A stretch of DNA of 64,000 nucleotides from Escherichia phage vB_EcoS_ESCO30. The position numbers and the translations under genes are program-made. Under the pieces are notes generated by a model. That model saw only the letters and a list, made by a program, of their open reading frames with translations, made no database searches and had not been told where the DNA came from. The stretch is from the sequence record NC_106513.1; one strand, 5' to 3'. Position 1 is the first letter of the stretch. Each line of letters begins with the position of its first letter. Below are positions 9,952 to 19,954 of this stretch, piece after piece.

Positions 9952-10185
9952 TTACGATTCCTTGAGCAAAGAAGAAAGTTCAGCATATACTTTATCTAAT
10001 TCAAACCCTATGCGAAGAGATACGTTAGTCCTCCGTTGTTTAAGTAACCACTCGGATATGTTAGGGATGCCAGCTAGTCTGTGTGGTACCACCCTACATA
10101 GCTTTTCCGAAGTATCGTAAGCAGGAACTTTACGCTCTTTTACTGGAAACTTCCTTGTTTCCCATTTTTTATTCTTCACTGTCAT
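9952..10185 (-). CDS. hypothetical protein (start uncertain)
   Basis: ATG at 10185 with GGAGAG SD; track ORF extends to 10293 but overlaps HNH gene. Confidence 0.35.
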   Translation of the reverse strand: MTVKNKKWETRKFPVKERKVPAYDTSEKLCRVVPHRLAGIPNISEWLLKQRRTNVSLRIGFELDKVYAELSSLLKES

Positions 10186-10699
10186 ATCTCTCCGAGGGAT
10201 TAAATTCACCAAACAGCTCTTTAACTCCCCTAAGGTATAGCTGATGGGCTTCTTCCGGGGTATCTCGTCTACCAAAAATATGCTGCTTTCCATCGCAGTA
10301 AGCGTAGGCCATATACCTATTACCTCGTTTTACAACTCCAGTGAATCCGGTAGAATTAGTAGAACACTTCTTATTCTTTCCATTTTCGGAATAGGTAGCC
10401 TTACGTAAATTATCCCACAAGTTATTTAAACTATCACCGTCTTTATGGTCGATAGTTTTATCTCCAGGATCTTCGCCTGTCTTTATAAACCAGATTATTC
10501 TATGGGCTAAGTAAGCTGTCCGCTCCCCATTTATCGTAAACTCTAGTTGTCTCCCAGTTTTCATTTTGGAGCCCGCTACCTTTCCCTTCCTTGGGCCAGA
10601 TAACCAAATTAAGTCCCCAGTACTTTCGTCATACCTAAGCTTTTCTAGGATAAATGCCATAGGAGGCATTGGTTTATGCGTCTTCATTAGTTGCTCCAA
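10169..10699 (-). CDS. HNH homing endonuclease
   Basis: AYLAHRIIWF...IDHKDGD...NNL...NL HNH-like motif; diverged paralog of other HNH ORFs. Confidence 0.65.
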   Translation of the reverse strand: MEQLMKTHKPMPPMAFILEKLRYDESTGDLIWLSGPRKGKVAGSKMKTGRQLEFTINGERTAYLAHRIIWFIKTGEDPGDKTIDHKDGDSLNNLWDNLRKATYSENGKNKKCSTNSTGFTGVVKRGNRYMAYAYCDGKQHIFGRRDTPEEAHQLYLRGVKELFGEFNPSERYDSEE

Positions 10700-13538
10700 G
10701 TTCTGACAGTACTTCTTCTGCCATAGCCTTCTCTTCCTCTGTCATGAATTTGAAAGGAATCGGCATACACTCGATTTTACAATAGGTTCTGTACCAGTCT
10801 ACTATATTTTCAGTGTTCATATCCTTACCAATACCCATCATACCAAGATACATTCTAGCATATTTTGGGTTAGCACTCTGACCTGTTTTAAGGAAGAAGT
10901 CTTTCTTCTTACCTTTCAGAGCTTCTATGAAGGGTTTAATGGTTACATTTGAACACTTCTTAATGTCTTCCCAGAACATCTCGTGCATCTTATGGAAGAA
11001 TGCAGCTCGATCGTTCGGCTTATCTTTGATATATTGTTCAACATGCTCAACTGTTACATCTTTAATAGACTCAAGATGATAATAGCGAACAAGAAGTAGT
11101 TTAGCTTCATACGCATCCGCATGACGTGGAGCACAATAATCTGGAGTTGAATGCAGAATAGCTTTGATTCGCTCTTCTGTGTACTCTTTACCAGCACCTT
11201 CGATAGTTCCCCAGCTTTCACTGAAAATATCAATAGTTGCACCTTGATCAAGTAAGTAATAACGTAAAGTACTAGTATAGTTCCTAGATTCCAGCTCCCT
11301 GCGACGTGCGTATAATTGCTGTGCTAATTCCAGCCAGCCTTCATCAATATTATATTGTTCAGAACCTGCGGAGAATCCACTCGTAGATTTATCAATAAAA
11401 TAATAGATGTTCTGGGCACCACGGTCGCGCCTGATTGCTTGGAAACGCATGTTCGGCGCTTGATTACTGGTTCTAGTAATAACAAATACGTTATCAAAAT
11501 AGTTGAAGTCAACGCCACTCGTTACGGATGGACTACATAATAAACAGTCAATCTGTTGGTCAATTAGCTCATTAGTTGTATAATCCAGAATACGTCGAAT
11601 ATCCACATCTGAGGTGGAGTTTGAATGGATTTCCTTAACTAACGCACCAGTATTACGACGTAGTGCCATACCCTTCTCATTCAGCTCATCAGGGCCACAA
11701 TCAGATACCAGAATAGATTTCTCACCCATCTCTAGAGAAGTCTGAAGTGCAACCCAAATACTGGATTCATCAGGGAACTCATAAGCATGAGCTTTTGACA
11801 GCATCTTACGGTGATGATTATAGAATGCAACTGGTTTATCGAACTCAATCAAAGAACCATATGCTTCAATTGTTTCCGCACTAATATCACCATCGGATAG
11901 TATAATGATTTTTGCAGTTGCAAGAATATCCCGAAGAACCTGAATACACTCGCGACGTTGCTTAACAACCGGGGCGAATAATAGGTCATTCATTACTGCA
12001 TCACATTCATCAATAAAGATTGCATCAATTTGACCAATAAAACTTTTGAACTTATGTAAAGAGTGAATAGTTGTGGACATACGATCAATAGCACCACGCT
12101 TGAAATTAAGCATATCTACAGACTTATCATATTGTCCTGCACTAAATTTCTTGGCATTTGAAGATACCAGTGCTCTAGTATTTGTAATTGCTAAGAAATT
12201 ACCTTTAATAACCCCTGAATCTAACCAACGCACAACCGCCGTGGTTTTACCTGTGCCTAGACTTGCTTTTACAAAAGTCATATGACCTTCTGGTGGCACA
12301 GTGTTTAATTTCAAGAAATTATCTGTTTCTAGAGAGTTAGTTTCTAGCTTTTTAAGTGGAATACCTTTTAAAACATCAGGTATATCACGTTTAGAATTAT
12401 TAACAAATGCTTTCAGAGCCTGTTTTCGACCGTTATTAAAGTAATCTTGAATATTACGACTATTATCTTTAGTTGCAATATACTCAGATAAAGCTGGGCG
12501 GATCTCCTTCTCTAGCCAACCAAAATCTACACCATCCTCTAACGCTCGGTGATAGAGTTTAGGAATAATACGTAGATACACTCCATCTTCAGCTTCTTCT
12601 AGTTCGCTGATAGTTTCCTCTACTTTATCAGAGGCAGCTTTTTTACCTTTAATTTGATCGAGTAAAGAGTAGAATTCCTCTTTAAACTCTCCTCTAGTTG
12701 TTTCATAGTCAACTAGATTATTAGGTAAATTTACTTTTGAGCCTTTAACAAATACCAGACGTGAAGCACCATCCGCTTTAAACGGATCAACTATACCATC
12801 AGTAAATAAAGGATCTGCAAAATAGTGGAGCTGTACTGAAGAGTAATAAGCTAAGTCGGCAATATCAAAACCATACTTTTGTCTACTACTTTCGTTGATA
12901 GATGTAAATAAGAACTTGATCTGACCCTGTGTAACTTTAACATTAGATTCTAGTATTAAGTGCATTCGGATACCTGGTTTTAGTCCAGCCGAAGACGATG
13001 CATGAGCAATAAACCCTGCATCAAGAGGAAACATATCCTCACTAATACTATTCAACATCCTAATAATATGACGCGCCATGCCAACAAGATCAAACTTGTT
13101 ACAACCTCCTGTATCTACAATACCATCCACATCCATTGCGATTATATGACTTGGATTAGATACATTAAAGTTGCCCTTCTTACGTCGCACATTATTTTTA
13201 GGTGCAAGACATCGACCTCGTACCACAACGATATGAGGGTCAGACGTTAAACGTCTCATAAGAGGAAGCATTTCTACTAGGGTTTGAGGATCAACTTCAT
13301 CAATTACATCAAACTTGAAGGGCATTGAAGCTGGTTTACCTTCAGGATGCTTTGAGGAAAATCTTTTAGCAAAAAGATAATCTTCTGCTTTAACTTCTCG
13401 CCAATTGCCTGTGGCTAAATCGCGATGAAATCCTGCATGACCTTGTAGGATTGAAAACACAACAATACTCCTGTGTTGGAAATGAAATAAATTTTCTTTA
13501 GGACTATTCAGAAAGAATAGAACAACTGTTACTGTCAA
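10674..13538 (-). CDS. putative primase-helicase / replication initiation NTPase (start uncertain)
   Basis: Walker A SLGTGKTT and Walker B IFIDECD; N-terminal DxD-containing region; track ORF starts at TTG 13538, alternative ATG at 13325. Confidence 0.6.
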   Translation of the reverse strand: MTVTVVLFFLNSPKENLFHFQHRSIVVFSILQGHAGFHRDLATGNWREVKAEDYLFAKRFSSKHPEGKPASMPFKFDVIDEVDPQTLVEMLPLMRRLTSDPHIVVVRGRCLAPKNNVRRKKGNFNVSNPSHIIAMDVDGIVDTGGCNKFDLVGMARHIIRMLNSISEDMFPLDAGFIAHASSSAGLKPGIRMHLILESNVKVTQGQIKFLFTSINESSRQKYGFDIADLAYYSSVQLHYFADPLFTDGIVDPFKADGASRLVFVKGSKVNLPNNLVDYETTRGEFKEEFYSLLDQIKGKKAASDKVEETISELEEAEDGVYLRIIPKLYHRALEDGVDFGWLEKEIRPALSEYIATKDNSRNIQDYFNNGRKQALKAFVNNSKRDIPDVLKGIPLKKLETNSLETDNFLKLNTVPPEGHMTFVKASLGTGKTTAVVRWLDSGVIKGNFLAITNTRALVSSNAKKFSAGQYDKSVDMLNFKRGAIDRMSTTIHSLHKFKSFIGQIDAIFIDECDAVMNDLLFAPVVKQRRECIQVLRDILATAKIIILSDGDISAETIEAYGSLIEFDKPVAFYNHHRKMLSKAHAYEFPDESSIWVALQTSLEMGEKSILVSDCGPDELNEKGMALRRNTGALVKEIHSNSTSDVDIRRILDYTTNELIDQQIDCLLCSPSVTSGVDFNYFDNVFVITRTSNQAPNMRFQAIRRDRGAQNIYYFIDKSTSGFSAGSEQYNIDEGWLELAQQLYARRRELESRNYTSTLRYYLLDQGATIDIFSESWGTIEGAGKEYTEERIKAILHSTPDYCAPRHADAYEAKLLLVRYYHLESIKDVTVEHVEQYIKDKPNDRAAFFHKMHEMFWEDIKKCSNVTIKPFIEALKGKKKDFFLKTGQSANPKYARMYLGMMGIGKDMNTENIVDWYRTYCKIECMPIPFKFMTEEEKAMAEEVLSELGATNEDA

Positions 13539-13959
13539 TTTCTCAACAAATTAATCGCAAATACTGAAGTGGGGTGGCAACTTCCACTTTCACGCTACAC
13601 TGCCGCTTCACTATACCGCACAAATCCTTGAGGATGGCCGCTAAGCCAGATTTGCTCACCTAATGCTTCATGTACTAGCTCATACTAGATGTAGTATACC
13701 TTACGTCATCACTTCTCAGAGTTTTTCACTCTTCCCGTCTCACTTCACAACCACCTCACACTAGGTTGCTTCGAGGCCTTACCAGGGTTCCTACGGGATG
13801 TAGATCGCTAAGTATTCTATTAATTATTTGTTTAAAAACTAACACGTAACAGTTAAAACAACCCTTAATGGGGCAGCCTAACTGTTCCGTATCGCGGATT
13901 GTAAACAAGAAAAATTAGCAAAATCAATTTTTACTAATGTCTCTCAATTCAATATAAAT

Positions 13960-13988
13960 ATTATATCAAGATTTTGAGCATCGTGCAA
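13960..13988 (-). promoter_or_regulatory. sigma70-type promoter (minus strand)
   Basis: minus-strand -35 TTGCAC (13983-13988), 17 bp spacer, -10 TATAAT (13960-13965). Confidence 0.55.
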
Positions 13989-14030
13989 GTAAATTTTTAA
14001 AGAGAATGCTATCATTGGTCTTGAGTACGG

Positions 14031-14058
14031 ATAAAACCGAGCCAAAATGACTCGGTTA
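14031..14058 (-). terminator. rho-independent terminator (minus strand)
   Basis: AACCGAG...CTCGGTT stem followed on minus strand by TTTTAT. Confidence 0.5.
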
Positions 14059-14064
14059 CGTGGA

Positions 14065-14262
14065 TTAGACACTTAAAATACTTCTAATCTCTTCTATATA
14101 CTTATCTACTTTTTTAGCATCTACTTTGCTTAGTTTTTCTATATCAAAATTAGGATCAGTAAACATTCTAGCTATCTCTATCTCTAGAGACTTACTAATT
14201 TTCCCTGTAGTATTCCACTTAGAAATCTTCCCTTTTATTTTCCAAAATTCCTTATTCATCAT
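14065..14262 (-). CDS. hypothetical protein
   Basis: 65-aa ORF, last gene of minus-strand operon. Confidence 0.4.
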   Translation of the reverse strand: MMNKEFWKIKGKISKWNTTGKISKSLEIEIARMFTDPNFDIEKLSKVDAKKVDKYIEEIRSILSV

Positions 14263-14644
14263 TTAATCCCGGAACATAAATCCCAACACGATTTAATTGT
14301 TCTTTAGCTTCTGCGAGAATATCTGGAGTGTACTCCCAAATATCATTTTCCACCTGTAAAAGATGGGGCGAACAACCGTCATCAGGCACACGACATATGG
14401 CCAAACCACGTGGATGGAACAAAGAGAAATTTAGTGCAACAATTAAACCCATAGCAGACAACTCATTCCAATCCAATTCCCATTCCCTAGCGTAGCCTGA
14501 TAGGAAAACACCAATACAGGGATAGTCTATTTGCTGCTTCGGAAAAGTGAAGGAAGCTTGTCTTACCCCCAACCAACGTTGTAGCAGCTTCTCCGCACGC
14601 TTCACCAAACTAGGATCAATCTGACGCCAATATACTTGTTCCAT
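14252..14644 (-). CDS. hypothetical protein, paralog A
   Basis: Shares PCIG...W.ELD.MGL..ALN..LF.P...GxxxPGL pattern with adjacent ORF 14654-15082. Confidence 0.5.
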   Translation of the reverse strand: MEQVYWRQIDPSLVKRAEKLLQRWLGVRQASFTFPKQQIDYPCIGVFLSGYAREWELDWNELSAMGLIVALNFSLFHPRGLAICRVPDDGCSPHLLQVENDIWEYTPDILAEAKEQLNRVGIYVPGLNDE

Positions 14645-14653
14645 TGTGCCCCC

Positions 14654-15082
14654 TTAGGCAGTTAAACCAGGAATCTGATAACCAAAACGACGAAGTTTCT
14701 GGATACCATCATTTACCTCTTCCGGCGAGTAAGACCAACCGTAGTGTTCATTAACTTGAAAGCCCGGAGATTCACTGGTTTTATAATTAACAACAATACG
14801 GTGTTTATTGGGCATAAATAGCTTATAGTTTAATGCAAAAACCAATCCCATTTCATCCAGCTCTTTCCATCCGACAATCTCTTCAAGACCATCCTCTACC
14901 TGCACAATTAAACCAATACAGGGAGCCTCTTCAATCTCACCTTTAAAAGCAAAGGAGATTTCATTATTCTCACACCATATTTTCAGAGCATTAATAGCCT
15001 CGTTGTACAGGTTGGCTGGAAGAGTACGCCAAAAATTAACCAATATTGGGTTAGCTTCTTTAGAAAATACATTATTGAACAT
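14654..15082 (-). CDS. hypothetical protein, paralog B
   Basis: Same conserved pattern as 14252-14644; tandem paralogs. Confidence 0.5.
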   Translation of the reverse strand: MFNNVFSKEANPILVNFWRTLPANLYNEAINALKIWCENNEISFAFKGEIEEAPCIGLIVQVEDGLEEIVGWKELDEMGLVFALNYKLFMPNKHRIVVNYKTSESPGFQVNEHYGWSYSPEEVNDGIQKLRRFGYQIPGLTA

Positions 15083-15084
15083 AT

Positions 15085-15591
15085 TTACACCTTAAATTGT
15101 TGTAGGGCTTTACACATTTCAAGATCTGGACTAAATTCTAACATATAGCTAACAGCTCTTAAATCTTGAAGATTTATTCCAGTCCTACCGTTGACTATAA
15201 CCGTTGGATACTGATACATCATAGCACCCGCATCATCAAGCACACACCAATGTTTGAGCTTATGCTTTTCAACGAAACGAAGAACAGAATTACCCCTAGA
15301 TAATCCACCCCCAGTAAAATCCGTTGTACCAAGAAAACGATCGATAAGACCTAATCCGGTCATAATCTGAACGTTCTCCATCTCATTTCTGACAGAGAAC
15401 CAAGATGATACTCCAACAATCATTATCGGAGAAGGACGAATAAAGTCCTGAAAAGCCTTGAGAAGCGGTTTAAAAACCCAGTCACTTCCAAAGAAAATCT
15501 TTTCATCATCAGGTGCATGGTGATGAGAGATGCTCGAGTTGAGTACCCCATCAATATCTAGAAAAATAATTGGAGTATTACTTATTTCCAT
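15085..15591 (-). CDS. HAD-superfamily phosphatase (possible 5'-nucleotidase)
   Basis: HAD motif I FLDIDGVL near N-terminus. Confidence 0.6.
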   Translation of the reverse strand: MEISNTPIIFLDIDGVLNSSISHHHAPDDEKIFFGSDWVFKPLLKAFQDFIRPSPIMIVGVSSWFSVRNEMENVQIMTGLGLIDRFLGTTDFTGGGLSRGNSVLRFVEKHKLKHWCVLDDAGAMMYQYPTVIVNGRTGINLQDLRAVSYMLEFSPDLEMCKALQQFKV

Positions 15592-15760
15592 TTTTGTCCC
15601 TTTCTAAGAACGTATCATACTCAACCGTATCAACATATATGACACCATAGTCATCAGATTTATAGTCCATTTCCCATAGCTCACATCGATAACACCAACT
15701 ACCATCCGCCCATACAAATATATCATCGGGATGTGTATATACAGATTTAACTATGGACAT
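15578..15760 (-). CDS. hypothetical protein
   Basis: 60-aa ORF overlapping neighbours by a few codons. Confidence 0.35.
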   Translation of the reverse strand: MSIVKSVYTHPDDIFVWADGSWCYRCELWEMDYKSDDYGVIYVDTVEYDTFLERDKNGNK

Positions 15761-16583
15761 ATCTGTTTCCCCTCATCTCCGGTACATAAGGTCTACCCTC
15801 TAGATGGGCTTCTACACGAGCAATAAAATCAGGGTCACTGAAAGCATCTACCGCACCTTTACTCCAGTAAGGGATACCGCGTTCTTCCAACTGGTACATC
15901 TCACTACGAGTCATACCTTGATAGCCTGGTTCCGCCGCTAGGGCACTATCGTAGTAGTTAACTACCATAAGTTTCGCAGCAGTACGATTAAGAGTAGGAA
16001 ATAGTTCCCAGTAGAAGTTAATTACTTGGTTAGAGCAACCAACTACAACGATCATATCTTGACTGGTAATACCATCAAAAATATTGTACATTTCTGCGTA
16101 CGCTGGAGCATGCTCACCAAAGAAGATTACATTAGGTTTAACCCATTTATAATCATCTGGGTCAATAGAGTTATACCCAACATCAATAACTCGTTTATTA
16201 CTACTATTGTAGCTGTCAGCTACAACAACCTCTTTTAAATATCCGTGAATGTGCAGAATGTCACTATGTGGAACACCAGCACGCTCAATAAGATCATCAA
16301 CGTTAGTAGTCAAATTTACTACTTGACCCGGATATTTCTTATACCATTCACCAATACGCAGGTGTGCAAGATTGGGTTCAACAGTTTCTAACTCTTCACG
16401 ACGTTTGTTGTAAAACGTGTGGGTTTTATGATAAAAATTACCACGAAAGGCATGAATATTACATATCTCTTCTAAGTCATAATCATCCCACAATGCTTTA
16501 CCACTAGCAGTATCAGTACGGAAGGCTCGTACACCACTTTCAACACTCAAACCTGCACCGCTAATAATAATTAATCTACGCAT
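15747..16583 (-). CDS. SIR2-family (sirtuin-like) NAD-binding protein
   Basis: GAGLSVESGVRAFR, TTNVDDL, LHIHG, NVIFFGE and VVVGCS motifs in sirtuin order; no zinc-ribbon Cys pairs. Confidence 0.7.
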   Translation of the reverse strand: MRRLIIISGAGLSVESGVRAFRTDTASGKALWDDYDLEEICNIHAFRGNFYHKTHTFYNKRREELETVEPNLAHLRIGEWYKKYPGQVVNLTTNVDDLIERAGVPHSDILHIHGYLKEVVVADSYNSSNKRVIDVGYNSIDPDDYKWVKPNVIFFGEHAPAYAEMYNIFDGITSQDMIVVVGCSNQVINFYWELFPTLNRTAAKLMVVNYYDSALAAEPGYQGMTRSEMYQLEERGIPYWSKGAVDAFSDPDFIARVEAHLEGRPYVPEMRGNRYVHS

Positions 16584-16797
16584 TTTTCACCTGTTCTCTG
16601 AAGTTTTTACTAAGGTTATGGAGTATATCAGATACTTCTGGATGGGCTTTCCCAACTACAGAATTAGCCATAATATCCATTATTTTTGCACAAGATTCAA
16701 CCCCATCCTTATACCCAGCCTCCCACTGCTGCATCAATGCATTTTCCAGCGCAGCATTTAAGCCGTTATCGGGTAGCATCGGCTTCGAGAATGCCAT
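16576..16797 (-). CDS. hypothetical protein
   Basis: 73-aa ORF in operon. Confidence 0.4.
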   Translation of the reverse strand: MAFSKPMLPDNGLNAALENALMQQWEAGYKDGVESCAKIMDIMANSVVGKAHPEVSDILHNLSKNFREQVKNA

Positions 16798-16969
16798 AAA
16801 GTTTCTCCTCTAGTTCCATAATACGACTTTCATAAGAAGCACGCAACTTTTCAATTGCTAGCGCACGCACCATAACCTCATTAGAGTTAATAGCTAATTG
16901 AGCTAGCTCTTCAGTTTCCATACGTCCGTTATAGATTAAGCGATATTTAAGGTGTTTTACGTTTTTCAT
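16766..16969 (-). CDS. hypothetical protein
   Basis: 67-aa ORF in operon. Confidence 0.4.
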   Translation of the reverse strand: MKNVKHLKYRLIYNGRMETEELAQLAINSNEVMVRALAIEKLRASYESRIMELEEKLYGILEADATR

Positions 16970-17178
16970 TCTATGTCCTCAAACAATTCAATTTCTGCAT
17001 TTGCAATTAAAAGAGCTGGTTCCGATAAGCATATGCCTGATCTAGGGTCAATCTTCTCCTTATCCATCCAAGTATTTATTAAGCAAAATTTAGTAACATC
17101 TTCTCTTAGAATAGATCCATATGCTCCTGAGTCCATAACAAAATAGATACGATCTTTATCTACCTTATGAATCCTCAT
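16966..17178 (-). CDS. hypothetical protein
   Basis: 70-aa ORF, first gene after promoter. Confidence 0.4.
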   Translation of the reverse strand: MRIHKVDKDRIYFVMDSGAYGSILREDVTKFCLINTWMDKEKIDPRSGICLSEPALLIANAEIELFEDIE

Positions 17179-17206
17179 ATCTTTCTCCTCTCAAATTTAT
17201 AAATCT

Positions 17207-17235
17207 ATTATACATATATTTTTAGCTGAAAGCAA
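17207..17235 (-). promoter_or_regulatory. sigma70-type promoter (minus strand) for SIR2/HAD operon
   Basis: minus-strand -35 TTGCTT (17230-17235), 17 bp spacer, -10 TATAAT (17207-17212). Confidence 0.65.
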
Positions 17236-17277
17236 ATAAAATAAAAGCCAGGTCGACTAGCAACCTGGCTGATTATC

Positions 17278-19104
17278 TTACTTAAGATTTAAGTGTTTTA
17301 CTCTACCAAGCACTTCTTTTTGTTTCCCAGAATTGAAAGGCCTACTGCCCGGGGATCCCAGGTACCCGCAAACCCTACGTGTAACCTCTATTTCTTCAGA
17401 CCCACAACTTGGACATACAAACCCACGCTCAGAGGCAATAGATTCACCCATATATCCGCAGTTGAAACACTCGTCAATCGGTATATTAACACCGATATAA
17501 TGGCTACACTCTAGTCCCTTATCTACTACGTATTCAAGAGCTTTATGGAATTTTTTCATTTGTGGTAATTCCACAAACGATATATTACCCCCATTAGCTA
17601 TTTTGGTAAAATGAGCTTCGTACTCAAATTTAGTATCTGGGGCTACCTTCTCTCTTACGTCCAAATGGTGACTATTAGTAAGATAGCCTTTGTCTGTTAA
17701 CCAAGAATACTCTGGGAATCTACGTTCTAGTAATTTATTAAAACGATTACATAGAGACTCACTAGGAGTAGCGTATAAGCTAAATCCAAGATTAGTCTCA
17801 TTAGCTTTAACTTCGCAACGATTTTTTAAGTGAGTGAGAACTTCCTCTGTAAATTCAATACAGTCCCTATGAGTCTGTGGTAAACTAAACATTATTTGGC
17901 ACATCTCATAGACTCCAATATACCCAAGAGATACAGAAGATCTACCCTCAAAAATAGGCCATACATATTCTTCCCCCTCTAAACGTACACCAAAACCACC
18001 GTGCATATAAAGAATAGGGGCTTGTTTAGCCTTCACTTTCTTAAGTCTATCCAAGAAAAAATCATGAGCTTCAAAAGCCTCATCCACATATTTGTCCAGA
18101 ATATCCCAGAAATCTTCAAAAACCCCATCTGCCTCAGCAGCAACCATAGGTAGATTAATAGACACTACACCTAAATTATTGCGCCCTGCAATTTCTCCGG
18201 AGGGGATAGCAGATAAAAAGCTACGACAACCCATAGGGGCTTTAAAATCACCAGTAACAGCTACAACTTTCTCATAGCTTAAATAGTCTGGGTACATACG
18301 GGTAGCAGAACACTCAAGTGCTAGCTGTTTTATATCGTAGTTAGGATCGCCTGGATTTTTATTTAACCCTTCTTTAACTGAGAATACTAGTTTAGGGAAG
18401 ATAGGGGTTGACTCAGCAGCACCTAAACCTTTAATACGATTTTGGAGGATGGCTTTCTGAATCATCCTTTCCTCCCACTCCTGACCTAATCCAAAGCCAA
18501 GCGTAACAAAAGGGGTCTGCCCATTAGAGTTAAATAATGAATTAGTTTCATACTCTAGAGCTTGGAATGCATCATAACACTCTTTTTCAGTAAGCTCAGT
18601 GGCATACACAGCAGCTTTTCTTTCATCCTTGAGCCAACGTAGCCCACGACCCAGATGTTTATTGTAAGACTTTCTGACATACGGGGCTAGAACCTCGTCG
18701 ATACGATCAATAGAGGTGCCACCATACTGAGCACCAGATACTTGGGCAATAATCTGAGCAGTGATTGCACATGCAGTAGTTATGGATTTAGGAGTTTCAA
18801 TATTTGCATTACCAATTTTAGTACCATTCTTCAGCATGCCACCAAGGTCTACTAAGCAACAGTTAGTGTACCCCTGCGCCCTGTAATCCATATCATGAAT
18901 GTGTATCTTACCTAGATTATGGGCGTCTAATAGATGTTTGGGTAATTCCTGCGATACTAAATACTTGTTGATTTCTCCGGCCAATAAGTCTCTTTGAGTA
19001 TGGAACATCTCACTAGGCTTATTAGCATTATTATGTTGTAAGTCTTTATCCGCAGTTAGAGTGAGCAGACCTTTGCAATTCTCAATTAATTCATTCTCTG
19101 TCAT
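17278..19104 (-). CDS. nrdD: anaerobic ribonucleoside-triphosphate reductase (class III)
   Basis: C-terminal glycyl-radical motif RRVCGYLG and CxxC...CPSC zinc ribbon; 608 aa. Confidence 0.85.
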   Translation of the reverse strand: MTENELIENCKGLLTLTADKDLQHNNANKPSEMFHTQRDLLAGEINKYLVSQELPKHLLDAHNLGKIHIHDMDYRAQGYTNCCLVDLGGMLKNGTKIGNANIETPKSITTACAITAQIIAQVSGAQYGGTSIDRIDEVLAPYVRKSYNKHLGRGLRWLKDERKAAVYATELTEKECYDAFQALEYETNSLFNSNGQTPFVTLGFGLGQEWEERMIQKAILQNRIKGLGAAESTPIFPKLVFSVKEGLNKNPGDPNYDIKQLALECSATRMYPDYLSYEKVVAVTGDFKAPMGCRSFLSAIPSGEIAGRNNLGVVSINLPMVAAEADGVFEDFWDILDKYVDEAFEAHDFFLDRLKKVKAKQAPILYMHGGFGVRLEGEEYVWPIFEGRSSVSLGYIGVYEMCQIMFSLPQTHRDCIEFTEEVLTHLKNRCEVKANETNLGFSLYATPSESLCNRFNKLLERRFPEYSWLTDKGYLTNSHHLDVREKVAPDTKFEYEAHFTKIANGGNISFVELPQMKKFHKALEYVVDKGLECSHYIGVNIPIDECFNCGYMGESIASERGFVCPSCGSEEIEVTRRVCGYLGSPGSRPFNSGKQKEVLGRVKHLNLK

Positions 19105-19954
19105 TGATTATTTCCTCGATAAACTTTATAGCTACTTTTGGTTCAATATTGAAGAATTCCGTAGCGCCGTCAAAATCTTTGTACTGGCAATTCTGCTCTT
19201 TAAAGTAGTTATGGGCTAATTTTTCTATTCGAACTGCACTACTATATTCTCCAATTTCAAATACTTTAATTATTTCCAAATCAGTAAGGTGGCTACTAGA
19301 TCTAATTTGTAGAAGCCTACGCTCTGGGTTGTTAGATCTACCTATTTTAACCCCATGTGAGGGGCTATGCATAATATATATCCTAGTACTTTCTAAATCT
19401 CTATAATTACAGTAAGGACAACCGTTCCCTCTTAATACAGATCCTGGAGTAGCTTCCCACCTATGCCCTGCACCACAAAGAAAGGCGGTCTTAGTATTCG
19501 CGTTACTATACTCACCCACTATTCTGATATTTCTGGCAGCAAGACGATCATTTATAGTATTAACACTAAGTTTTTGTTTATTAGTAGCACAAGATGGGCA
19601 GCCACTACCTCTATTAATTATACTATTAAGTGTAGTAGCCCACTCATGACCACAAACACACCTAAATTTAGTATTTATATCGGCACTATTTTTATAGCCG
19701 TTCAACAATGTAATACCTCTGTCCTGTAATACAGTATTAATTCTATCAATATCTAGTTTACGGCTACTAATAGAGCAAGTAGGACAATTGGTCTTTCCAT
19801 TCCTAATAGCGTCAAATTTAGCTGTCCATTGGTGACCGTATTCACACTGATACGTATGCCTATACCTAGAATTTTGATATGGCTTATCCACCATAGTAAA
19901 ACCACGCTCGGCTAGGCATTTATCTACTTCTTCTTGAGTTAATTTTTTCGGCAT
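19091..19954 (-). CDS. T5orf172/GIY-YIG-like putative endonuclease with three zinc-ribbon repeats
   Basis: Three C..GH.W...G.GCPxC repeats, then IYIMHSP..GVKIGRS..P..RL motif; ATG at 19952-19954 with GGAGAAG SD; track start is GTG at 19996. Confidence 0.6.
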   Translation of the reverse strand: MPKKLTQEEVDKCLAERGFTMVDKPYQNSRYRHTYQCEYGHQWTAKFDAIRNGKTNCPTCSISSRKLDIDRINTVLQDRGITLLNGYKNSADINTKFRCVCGHEWATTLNSIINRGSGCPSCATNKQKLSVNTINDRLAARNIRIVGEYSNANTKTAFLCGAGHRWEATPGSVLRGNGCPYCNYRDLESTRIYIMHSPSHGVKIGRSNNPERRLLQIRSSSHLTDLEIIKVFEIGEYSSAVRIEKLAHNYFKEQNCQYKDFDGATEFFNIEPKVAIKFIEEIINDRE

